A stretch of DNA of 64,000 nt from Balneolaceae bacterium. GTDB taxonomy: Bacteria; Bacteroidota; Rhodothermia; Balneolales; Balneolaceae. The DNA is taken from positions 1,993 to 65,992 of the forward strand of contig JBBDRW010000187.1 of NCBI GenBank assembly GCA_040905265.1, read 5' to 3'. The notes below the pieces were generated by a model that saw only the letters and a list, made by a program, of their open reading frames with translations, made no database searches and was not told where the DNA came from. Positions 24,616 through 33,232 of the stretch are shown one piece after another (positions within the stretch are counted from its first letter, which is position 1; each line of letters starts with the position of its first letter). The position numbers and the translations under genes are program-made.

Positions 24616-25500
24616 ATGAAACAGATATCACGTCGACATGCACTTGGCAGAATGGGAGCTTTTGCCGGATCAGCATCCCTGATGGGACTGTTCGGCGGCT
24701 TTGCAAAAACAGAACGCGTATTGGAGCAGAGTGGGCTGAATGGCAGAATCAACCACTCGGTCTGCCGCTGGCCTTACAACAGTACTCCCCTGGAGGTCCT
24801 TTGTGAGGCAGCGGTTCGTATCGGCATCACCTCTGTTGAACTTCAGGGCCCGGAAGAGTGGCCGATTCTGGAGAGTTACGGCCTTACCTGTGCCATGCCC
24901 TGGGGAGCCGGCCTCGGGATAGAGAGAGGTTTCAACAATCCGGATCTTCATGCTGAACTGGCTGATGACTACAACCGGGTAATTCCTATGGTTGCGGAAG
25001 CAGGCTACGACAAAATTATCTGTTTCTCAGGCAATCGGAACGGTTTGGAGGACGAGATTGGGATTGAGAACTGTGCGGCAGGGATCAAAATGCTCATGCA
25101 GACAGCGGAGAGCAACAATGTGACTGTCTGTATGGAGCTTTTGAACAGCAAGGTGAACCATCCGGACTACCAGTGCGACAAGACCGCGTGGGGAGTCGCT
25201 CTCTGTGACCGGGTCGGGTCGGACCACTTTAAACTGCTCTATGATATTTATCACATGCAGATTATGGAAGGCGATGTGATCAGGACAATCCGGGATAACA
25301 GCGAGTATATCGCTCACTATCATACTGGAGGTGTGCCGGGCCGCAATGAGATTGATGAGACTCAGGAGCTCTACTACCCTGCTATCATGGAGGCGATTGT
25401 GGAGACCGGTTATGAGGGATTTGTTGGCCAGGAGTTTGTGCCGACCTGGGACGACCCGTTGGCGGCTCTCGAACACGGAGTACAGGTGTGTGACGTCTGA
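24616..25500 (+). CDS. Tat-exported xylose-isomerase-like TIM-barrel enzyme (hydroxypyruvate isomerase family)
   Basis: Twin-arginine signal SRRHALGRMGAFAGSA and TIM-barrel motifs (YDIYHMQIMEGD, HYHTGG.PGRNE). Confidence 0.85.
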   Translation: MKQISRRHALGRMGAFAGSASLMGLFGGFAKTERVLEQSGLNGRINHSVCRWPYNSTPLEVLCEAAVRIGITSVELQGPEEWPILESYGLTCAMPWGAGLGIERGFNNPDLHAELADDYNRVIPMVAEAGYDKIICFSGNRNGLEDEIGIENCAAGIKMLMQTAESNNVTVCMELLNSKVNHPDYQCDKTAWGVALCDRVGSDHFKLLYDIYHMQIMEGDVIRTIRDNSEYIAHYHTGGVPGRNEIDETQELYYPAIMEAIVETGYEGFVGQEFVPTWDDPLAALEHGVQVCDV

Positions 25501-25510
25501 ACGACTCTCA

Positions 25511-26329
25511 TCAGCTCTGCACAGAGGATGATTTTTGCGCCTTTTTACTCTCATGCTGTTTCAAAAACCGGATGGAGATTCTGTTGAATTCCTCCGGTTT
25601 TTCCACATTACAGACATGGCCACACTCTTCGATGATTACCAGTGAACTGTTTTCAAACCGGTCCACAAACGTACGGACCGGTGGCAGGAACATGTGGTCT
25701 TCACTGCCCATAACATAGAGGGTCGGGTTCCGGCTCTCTGTCTCGCGAAAATATCGAAGTAATGGATTCACATCATAGGTCATTTTGTACCATCTCAGAA
25801 ACTCTTTGTGAGCCATTTTTTTGGCTTCACGGATAAACATGTGCCGCGACTCAGCATGATTCTCTCTTGGTAGGATCACCCAGGCGAACAGCTTGTAGAG
25901 CCATATAAAAGGGATGATTTTTTTAAACGTGTGTCCGGCCCAGACCAGAAACCGGGAGCGGATGTCAAGCCGTGTGATCGCTCCGCAGAGAACCGAGGAG
26001 CGGACACGGTCGGGTTCCAGCTCTTCAATGGTCCGGATAATGATGCATCCCAGGGATACACCGACAAAATGTGCGTTCCGGATCTTCAGATAGTCCATCA
26101 CTTCCAGAACATCTCTGCTTACCAGTTTGAACGTATATTTCTCTTTGTAATATTTTTCGATAGGGTTGCGGGAATTTCCGTGTCCTCGTAAATCCATGAA
26201 AAGGACGTTAAAATGGTTCCTGTACTCTTTTATCTGACGGAACCAGATAGAGGAAGAGCCACCCGCTCCGTGGATAAAGACAACCCAGTCATGGGCTGGA
26301 TCTGAGATATAGGTTTTGTGATAGAGCAA
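25511..26329 (-). CDS. alpha/beta hydrolase
   Basis: HGAGGSS oxyanion region, GVSLG nucleophile elbow, and a C-terminal CGH. Confidence 0.85.
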   Translation of the reverse strand: MLYHKTYISDPAHDWVVFIHGAGGSSSIWFRQIKEYRNHFNVLFMDLRGHGNSRNPIEKYYKEKYTFKLVSRDVLEVMDYLKIRNAHFVGVSLGCIIIRTIEELEPDRVRSSVLCGAITRLDIRSRFLVWAGHTFKKIIPFIWLYKLFAWVILPRENHAESRHMFIREAKKMAHKEFLRWYKMTYDVNPLLRYFRETESRNPTLYVMGSEDHMFLPPVRTFVDRFENSSLVIIEECGHVCNVEKPEEFNRISIRFLKQHESKKAQKSSSVQS

Positions 26330-26475
26330 GCCTGATAATCTGTCTGGAGGAACTAATTCATTTGAATCAGTTTCTGATCAATTGCATTTCGGTTCGGGTG
26401 TACGGAATTGAAGGCCAAAAAGATTCCTGTTCAATCCTGTAACATCGATATATTCAGATGATCTCCCGGTTCAAA

Positions 26476-26507
26476 CCCGCAGGAGGTTTTGCAACGCCTC
26501 CCCGCAG
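26476..26507. repeat. one-armed copy 2 of the GCAACGCCTCC repeat, flanked by 7-bp direct repeats
   Basis: CCCGCAG-GAGGTTTTGCAACGCCTC-CCCGCAG. It shares GCAGGAGG and TTTTGCAACGCCTCCC with copy 1 (7943-7982) but lacks the left arm and loop. Confidence 0.65.
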
Positions 26508-26560
26508 TAAAGATACGATTCTATAAATCGACACGAAGAAAGAATACAGATTTTGTTTGA

Positions 26561-27319
26561 ATGAAACATTTGAGACTGATATTCAGGGTACCTGCTGTCA
26601 CACTTTTTACCATTCTCTCTGCATTGGCCTATGGTATCGGGGCACTCCTGGTACGATTGGCCGGATATAGTCATCTTCCGTGGCGAAACCAGTTGCTCAC
26701 CTTCTGGGCATCGGCAACAGCACGACTGATACGTCTGGAGATTCATACAGAGGGGTCTCCTCCTGAACCCCCGTTTTTTCTGGTCTCTAATCATCTCAGT
26801 TATCTCGATATAGTCCCCCTGTTTAAGAACCTCTCCTGTACATTCATCGCCAGGCAGGATATCCAATCCTGGCCACTGTTAGGCCGGATTTCACGGTTGA
26901 TCGGAGTCATTTTTATCGACAGGACCCGAAAACTGGATGTGGCCAGAGTGAACCGGATCGTTTCGAATACGCTGAGTCGCCATACGGGTATCGTGCTTTT
27001 TCCGGAAGGTGGCACATCCGACGGTTCGCGTGTACATCGTTTCAGGGCTTCACTGCTGGAACATCCATCTGCTATCGGAATGCCAGTTAATTTTGCTACT
27101 CTTCACTACCGAACAGGGGATGGAGAACTTCCGGCAAGTGAAGCTGTCTGCTGGCACGGCGACATCTCTTTTCCAGCCCATGTCCTCCGATTGCTCTCCC
27201 TGGACCGGATCATATGTACCGTTACATTCGGAAAAGAAACGGTCGCAGAGCGGGATCGGAAGCTTTTGGCATCTCGTCTCTATGATCAGGTGATAAAACA
27301 GTTTACACCAATTCAATGA
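26561..27319 (+). CDS. lysophospholipid / 1-acylglycerol-3-phosphate acyltransferase family protein
   Basis: NHLSYLD (HX4D) and FPEGGTS motifs. Confidence 0.8.
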   Translation: MKHLRLIFRVPAVTLFTILSALAYGIGALLVRLAGYSHLPWRNQLLTFWASATARLIRLEIHTEGSPPEPPFFLVSNHLSYLDIVPLFKNLSCTFIARQDIQSWPLLGRISRLIGVIFIDRTRKLDVARVNRIVSNTLSRHTGIVLFPEGGTSDGSRVHRFRASLLEHPSAIGMPVNFATLHYRTGDGELPASEAVCWHGDISFPAHVLRLLSLDRIICTVTFGKETVAERDRKLLASRLYDQVIKQFTPIQ

Positions 27320-27528
27320 ATACAAAGGGCCTATATAAGGCTCCACAATTGTACGACAGGAAACATTTTTAGCCAGATCGGGTGTAACTGGCTGAACGCG
27401 ATGGGTTTCAACGATGTTTTTTTGATAATATGGTAAAGACAGAATGAATGTTGGCCCGTGTGATTCTGTTACAAAATAAAGTCCTGCTGTTTAAAATATA
27501 ACTACAATAGAATCAAAGAGGTATAATT

Positions 27529-27726
27529 ATGAAAAAGGTAATTGGCGGTATTTTGGGTATAGGTGGCCTGATTGGTATAATTTATTACGGTTTTCTTTAT
27601 TTCCAGGATTCTGAATCGTTCGAAGTGATGGGAGCTGATGTGGCTGTAAGTACCGGAGATTATGTGCCGATCATCATCTCAGCTGCGATCATGATCATCG
27701 GAATATTGATCTCCAGAATGAAATAG
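27529..27726 (+). CDS. small two-TM membrane protein (65 aa)
   Basis: Two hydrophobic helices, with AAAGAGG upstream of the ATG. Confidence 0.55.
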   Translation: MKKVIGGILGIGGLIGIIYYGFLYFQDSESFEVMGADVAVSTGDYVPIIISAAIMIIGILISRMK

Positions 27727-27810
27727 TGTAAAGCGGTTTGGCCGATGGTAGCAGGTTGTGAAAGGCCCGGCTTTTACGTGTGGGTCATGAATCTCCGGAT
27801 CACCGCTTTT

Positions 27811-28293
27811 TTACTCGCCGAGGTTCCGTTCGGATCTTTTCTTTTCAAAAAAAGTTGAGAGAATTTGAGCACAGTCCGATTCGAGAACCCCCTGTATAAT
27901 CTCTGCCTGATGATTCAGTTGTCGGTTGCTGGATATGTTGAACATGGAACCGCAGGCACCGCTTTTAGCATCCAGTGCTCCGAAAACGACCCGTTTGATT
28001 CTTGAAAGAACCAGCGCTCCTGCACACATGGGACATGGTTCAAGTGTCACATACAACGTAGCATTTGCAAGATGCTTTTCTCCGGTAGTCATACAGGCTG
28101 CTGAGATGGCAATCATTTCGGCGTGTGCCGTTGGGTCATGGAGCTGTTCCACCTGGTTATACCCTTTGCCAATAATCTCCTCGTCTGAAACGATGATGGC
28201 GCCAACCGGCACTTCACCTCTTCGTGCTGCCTCTTCAGCAAGAAGAAGTGCCTGTTGCATGTATCTGTAGTGAATCTCCGGTAGTGAATTCAT
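27811..28293 (-). CDS. tadA: tRNA-specific adenosine deaminase
   Basis: HAEMIAI and PCPMCAGAL zinc motifs. Confidence 0.92.
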   Translation of the reverse strand: MNSLPEIHYRYMQQALLLAEEAARRGEVPVGAIIVSDEEIIGKGYNQVEQLHDPTAHAEMIAISAACMTTGEKHLANATLYVTLEPCPMCAGALVLSRIKRVVFGALDAKSGACGSMFNISSNRQLNHQAEIIQGVLESDCAQILSTFFEKKRSERNLGE

Positions 28294-28542
28294 GGCAGGT
28301 TCAGGTAAGATAAAAAGATTGACAATGGGCTTATTTTATCACGATTCATTCGTTGATAGTGCAACTGTATCTGAACGTTGGAGATTCTCCAGGTCATAGA
28401 CCCGATATTGTAACCGCAGAAAACCGATTTCCATTTCGTTGAGTAATACAGGATATTTTGGGTATATTTATTCGATGTTTCCTTACTAATTGTTGGGAGA
28501 CTGGCCGGTTGAATCGGGATTATATATTGCAGGGTCAAGCGC

Positions 28543-29085
28543 ATGAAACAGGTTGAGAATGTCATGATAGAGTATCTGGCGTCCAATATCCGGACCATTC
28601 AAGACTTTCCCAAGAAGGGAATTTCGTTTAAGGATATCACGCCGCTTCTCCAGAACAGTGAAACTCTTGAGATGACGTCACAACTACTCGCCAGGCCATT
28701 CCGGGGTTTGGGGATCGACTATGTTCTTGGCCTGGAGTCCCGGGGATTTCTGTTTGGTATTCCTCTTGCTCAGGATCTTCACGCCGGATTTATTCCTGTT
28801 CGGAAACCTGACAAGCTTCCCTGGAGTACAAAACAGGTGACCTATGATCTGGAGTATGGACAGGATGCTCTTGAAATGCATGATGATGCCTTGACATCGG
28901 GTTCTAAAGTTGTGATCCATGACGATCTGATTGCAACGGGCGGGACAGCAGCAGCTGCAACCAGGCTGGCAGTGGAGATGGGTGCGGAAATTGCCGGTTA
29001 CTCTTTCGTTATGGAGATATCGGCGTTAAATGGCAGGCGGGCATTACAACCGGATGTTCCGGTGGAGGTTCTCATTCAGGTCTGA
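28543..29085 (+). CDS. apt: adenine phosphoribosyltransferase
   Basis: FPKKGISFKDITPLL and the PRPP motif VVIHDDLIATGGT. An alternative start is ATG 28564. Confidence 0.92.
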   Translation: MKQVENVMIEYLASNIRTIQDFPKKGISFKDITPLLQNSETLEMTSQLLARPFRGLGIDYVLGLESRGFLFGIPLAQDLHAGFIPVRKPDKLPWSTKQVTYDLEYGQDALEMHDDALTSGSKVVIHDDLIATGGTAAAATRLAVEMGAEIAGYSFVMEISALNGRRALQPDVPVEVLIQV

Positions 29086-29109
29086 ATGTTTTGAACAATA
29101 CTGGAATCT

Positions 29110-29149
29110 GCATCAGGGTTCTGTCTGCAGGCAGAGAGAACTCTGATGC
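29110..29149 (+). terminator. long hairpin downstream of apt (terminator-like)
   Basis: GCATCAGGGTTCTGTCTGC / GCAGAGAGAACTCTGATGC, about 19 of 21 paired. A T6 run lies 17 nt downstream rather than adjacent. Confidence 0.45.
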
Positions 29150-29239
29150 GAATATTGAAATCCCTTTTTTAAACGATCTGATTATTTTTCATGTTACCAT
29201 CTACATCTGAACTGAAACCACTCACAACCAATAAACATT

Positions 29240-29689
29240 ATGGTACAAAATAAACGAACAGCACTGATAACGGGGGTTGTCCTGCTGCTATTAACAGCAG
29301 CATGCGGACCGTCTCTTGTAATCCAGGGTGTGGATTACGCACAACCCGTTGAAAGTGTCCTGATACCAGGAGATGATCAAACCGTACATGATCAGCGATA
29401 TGCGATCCGATTCAGTATCGCTCCTCTTTTAGCCGAAGAGGGGGTTGATTCGGTTGACGAGATTCGGCTCATTCGAAATTCGAGCGGCTATTACTTTGTA
29501 ACTGCTGCCGGTTTCACAAACGTATATGTAATGAACGCGGCCGAAAGTGAACTGCAATTGCAGGCCACGATTGAAATTTCAGGATCGGGCCTTGGTAACC
29601 CTGCATTTAATCAACGGGGAGACCATATTGAACTTGTCGACCTCGCTTCAGGTAATGTTTACCGAATGAATGAGGAGGAACTACTATGA
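29240..29689 (+). CDS. hypothetical lipoprotein (149 aa)
   Basis: Lipobox LLTAACG. The stop overlaps the next ORF's start (ATGA). Confidence 0.6.
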   Translation: MVQNKRTALITGVVLLLLTAACGPSLVIQGVDYAQPVESVLIPGDDQTVHDQRYAIRFSIAPLLAEEGVDSVDEIRLIRNSSGYYFVTAAGFTNVYVMNAAESELQLQATIEISGSGLGNPAFNQRGDHIELVDLASGNVYRMNEEELL

Positions 29690-30909
29690 GAATTCGAATC
29701 AATCATACAATTTCAATACTTTTCACACTCATGCTGGTTGCAGGGGTCCTGTCCTCAGCGACTGCACAGTCGTCCGATTACGAAATTCAGCAAGATTTCA
29801 GAGCTGAATACGAGGAACTTGTATCCTGGGTAGACAATGCGGTATCCAGTTCAGATCTGAATGAGATCTCGGACAGAATTGATGGGTTCGAAGAGGTGTA
29901 TACCGAACACGCATCACTGATTAATTCAGCTATTTTTCCCGATACATTCGGTGCCCGGATGTCAGATCTTCGATCCAGATATACTGCGGCGGTTCAGAAC
30001 ATTGAAACCATCGAACAACTGAATGAGAGGGTAGAGGAGCTTGCCGGGGAGGTAGAACAGCAGAGAGCACGGCTTGATGAGCTGAATGCACAGGCAGACC
30101 AACTGCTTGCCGATATCCAGCAATCGGAAGCCAATGAAGAGCGTCTCTCCGTTCTCGTTGCCCAGTATCGGCAAAACATTGAGGCAAAGGATGAATTTGT
30201 CTCCGGTGTTCTTCAACAGTTGCTGCAGCGTTACCAGTCTCTGGACTCATCGGTAATGGCCGAACTGTCAGAAGCGAGTGAGCAGCTGGATGATAACCCA
30301 CTGGATATTATCCGTACCATTCTTGCCGAGTACATCAATCAGACAGATCAGGTCTCCGGCCTGGAAGCACCCGACTACCTGAGAATGAAGACGCAGCACA
30401 ATTATTTTCGGGATATCTGGGACAGAATAGGCGAGAATGTAAGCCAGGTTTTTGCATCGGATCGATCCGTTCAGGCAGAACAGGAAGTTACGGATCTGTT
30501 AAATCAGTGGGATTCCAGCATTGACAACAAACTGTGGAGTGCATTGACAACCGCATTCAACCAGAATGAAATCACTCTGAATGAGTTTAACAGTTCCACT
30601 ACGTTCTATAACTCTCTGGAGGCTTATGTTGGGGAAGCAACGGCAGTAAGCCGTGAGGTTAACAGTGAGGAAGATTTCGAAAACTTCAGAAACTTCTCAG
30701 GATACTGGAACGGGATTGTCAAAAGCCAGTGGGGGGAATATCTGACAAAAGGTGAAGTATTAACATTTGATCAGATCTCCTCGATTGACCGGCAACTGGA
30801 AGAGTGGAATCAGGCGGCATCTCCCACATCAAACCTGATGCTGATCCTCTTTTTGGTGAGCATTGCCGTAATTATCGGGCTGGTCGTGATGCTTGTCTCC
30901 AAGAAGTAA
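29686..30909 (+). CDS. hypothetical secreted coiled-coil protein with a C-terminal TM anchor (407 aa)
   Basis: Signal peptide, heptad-rich acidic region (ERVEELAGEVEQQRARLDELNAQADQLLADIQ), and a terminal helix LMLILFLVSIAVIIGLVVMLV-SKK. Confidence 0.65.
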   Translation: MRIRINHTISILFTLMLVAGVLSSATAQSSDYEIQQDFRAEYEELVSWVDNAVSSSDLNEISDRIDGFEEVYTEHASLINSAIFPDTFGARMSDLRSRYTAAVQNIETIEQLNERVEELAGEVEQQRARLDELNAQADQLLADIQQSEANEERLSVLVAQYRQNIEAKDEFVSGVLQQLLQRYQSLDSSVMAELSEASEQLDDNPLDIIRTILAEYINQTDQVSGLEAPDYLRMKTQHNYFRDIWDRIGENVSQVFASDRSVQAEQEVTDLLNQWDSSIDNKLWSALTTAFNQNEITLNEFNSSTTFYNSLEAYVGEATAVSREVNSEEDFENFRNFSGYWNGIVKSQWGEYLTKGEVLTFDQISSIDRQLEEWNQAASPTSNLMLILFLVSIAVIIGLVVMLVSKK

Positions 30910-30984
30910 CCAGGAGATAGCCGGCGAGCCTTCAATCTTGCTTCTTGAAGAGTAACCCTGATGTTCTGTCGATCAGACTCAGAT

Positions 30985-31017
30985 AAAAAGCCCTGTAAGC
31001 CACAGGGCTTTTTTTTT
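30985..31017. terminator. bidirectional intrinsic terminator
   Basis: A5-AGCCCTGT-AAGCC-ACAGGGCT-T9 between convergent genes. Confidence 0.8.
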
Positions 31018-31052
31018 AATCGGCCAGCCATTGTAACGATTTCAGGTGAGTT

Positions 31053-33158
31053 TCAGGGAAGAGCTGCCGTCCGCCGCAGAATCCACTCGGCTGTCAACAG
31101 CAGTGTAACCAGTAGAAACCAGAAGAGGTGTTCAAAAAGATAGCGGTAGTCGGAATGGCGTACTTCCACAGCTTCCTGTAACTGGCGCTCTTCAAGTTTC
31201 AGGAGGAACTGGCTTTGCAGGTCTCCCTGAAGAGTAGTGCCACCGGTTATGGTTGCAAGCTGCCCGAGTCGTTCATCACTGCGTTGGGTCTGAATAAATT
31301 CGATATTGGATTCAGTTACGGTAAAGGCACCGGACTGTTCATCAATGGCCCGCCCTGTTTTTCGCGCAGTAGCTTCGTAGAAGTACTCTCCATAGCCAAG
31401 GCTTCCTATTTCAAGGTCATAGTTGCCACCGGAGCGGTTCCTCATGGTATGGGCCTGTTCGAAATCCTGCCCGCCGGACAAAACAACTTCGATGGCCGCT
31501 TCCGGTTCAATCTCTCCGGTCTCATTGGTAAGTGATGCTACGAATCGTACCGGTTCTGACTCCTGAAAGAGGCGTTTGACCGGCTCTATTCTGAGGTTTC
31601 TGTGGTCGGGATCCGTACTGGTCCAGGAGGCGAGGTTCAGGAGAAGAGTTTGAGTAAATTCACGGAATTCATCCTCCCGGTTTTGTAAATTGCGATACCA
31701 GCCGTATCCATTGACCACTGTCCGGCGAATCGAACCGGCCTCCTCGGTAACAATAACCGGAAGTTCAATATCGGTACCCTCGAATGAAGCCTCAAACAGG
31801 CGATCTGCTGTAGGTGGAAGCTGGTATTGCCCCTCTCTTGAACGGATAGGCGACATTCTCTGAAACGGAACAACCGGTAGTTCCATTACCGGATGAGCAG
31901 TGGCATCCCGGCCAGCACGGAGGTAGACGGGGATTGTGTTGCCACTCTGGCCTGAAGAGATGGGGATCACATAGGAGGTTTCGTCCCCGGATGGAAAGGA
32001 GGGGGTTGTAAACTGCAGGACCGGGACACCTTCCAGAAGCGGTTGGAAGCCACTCAGATTGTTTGGAATCGCTCCGTGGAGGATGATCAGATCCAATTCT
32101 CCAGACTCTTCAATTTGATCCAGCGGCCCCTCCATGAAACGGTCTCCAAGCCAGGTTCGGCTCAGGACTTCAAAACTCTGGTCGGACTGAATGAGATTTC
32201 GAATCGCACCGACATCGGGGTGTATTTCAAAAGAGATATGCGCAATTCTGGTTTTATCATCCAATACATTAATGGCAAATGGCAGCCGGTTGTTCTCCGT
32301 GGTCTGTTCTTCATCCATCACCGGGGTAGAAAATTCATACTGTTGCAACCCTGTGTTATCCAGCGGGATTTCGAATCGTTCTGTAAGGGTGGAGAGTTCA
32401 CTGCTGAATGTGATAGGCCGGCTCTCCAGAATCTCTCCATCCTTCAATAACTGAAGTTCAGTTTGAACACCGTCAAAGCCGTTTTGACTTACCGTTATAT
32501 CAACCGGATGGCGTGTATTCAGATATCCGGTTTCGTTGTGCAGCAGGTCGGTTAACACAATATCCCTGGCCTGTGTGGAGTCTCCGACAGGAACGACAAA
32601 CAGGGGTACAGACAGCTCTCTTGCATGGAAGATCGGGTCACGGCCTTGTGTAATAATTCCGTCGCTGAAGAGAACGGCCGCCTCTGCCTGCACCGACTGG
32701 TCTCTCAGATGACGAATAACTTCATCAAGGTTCGTTGTACTGCCCTCAAGTGATAGTTGCGGATCTTCCAGGCTCTCAACCTGGTTGCTGAAGCGATAGA
32801 ACTGAAATGTTATCTCCTCCATCTCCTCAAACCTGAAACTATCGATCAGCTCCTGGTAGGATTCCACTCCCCGGTAGTCGCCACGCAAAACACTCATACT
32901 TCTGCTGTCATCCAGATAGACGGCAATTTCAGGGTTTCTGGTTGTCACCTGGTCTGTCCGGATATACGGATTTAAAAGCAAGATGATCAGGATGGTGAGA
33001 GCGGTGCCCCGCAGTGTGATCAACGTCCATTTTTTCAGCGGCGACCCGCTTGAAAGGGTCGCATAACTCCACCAGGAAATTCCCACAGATAGTACGAAGA
33101 GAAGTACCAGGATAAGAGTTGAAAAAACCGGGCTGAACCCTTGAAACTGAATCTCCAT
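31053..33158 (-). CDS. vWA-like / BatA-like membrane protein (701 aa)
   Basis: N-terminal TM pair, a vWA-like MIDAS start (IAVYLDDSRSMS), and a C-terminal TM anchor. It lies directly downstream of moxR. Confidence 0.65.
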   Translation of the reverse strand: MEIQFQGFSPVFSTLILVLLFVLSVGISWWSYATLSSGSPLKKWTLITLRGTALTILIILLLNPYIRTDQVTTRNPEIAVYLDDSRSMSVLRGDYRGVESYQELIDSFRFEEMEEITFQFYRFSNQVESLEDPQLSLEGSTTNLDEVIRHLRDQSVQAEAAVLFSDGIITQGRDPIFHARELSVPLFVVPVGDSTQARDIVLTDLLHNETGYLNTRHPVDITVSQNGFDGVQTELQLLKDGEILESRPITFSSELSTLTERFEIPLDNTGLQQYEFSTPVMDEEQTTENNRLPFAINVLDDKTRIAHISFEIHPDVGAIRNLIQSDQSFEVLSRTWLGDRFMEGPLDQIEESGELDLIILHGAIPNNLSGFQPLLEGVPVLQFTTPSFPSGDETSYVIPISSGQSGNTIPVYLRAGRDATAHPVMELPVVPFQRMSPIRSREGQYQLPPTADRLFEASFEGTDIELPVIVTEEAGSIRRTVVNGYGWYRNLQNREDEFREFTQTLLLNLASWTSTDPDHRNLRIEPVKRLFQESEPVRFVASLTNETGEIEPEAAIEVVLSGGQDFEQAHTMRNRSGGNYDLEIGSLGYGEYFYEATARKTGRAIDEQSGAFTVTESNIEFIQTQRSDERLGQLATITGGTTLQGDLQSQFLLKLEERQLQEAVEVRHSDYRYLFEHLFWFLLVTLLLTAEWILRRTAALP

Positions 33159-33232
33159 AACTGAATGTCAGGGTTTGGAAACGGCCTCGTCTATCGTCAA
33201 ATGGTGTGGCAGAGTGCCTGAACCGGCTTCTG

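Noticed and set aside
28290-28598. A 102-aa minus-strand ORF in the AT-rich tadA/apt divergent spacer.
   Set aside because: It has a low-complexity, aromatic and Ile-rich composition typical of AT-rich non-coding DNA. It overlaps the apt start and has no motif.
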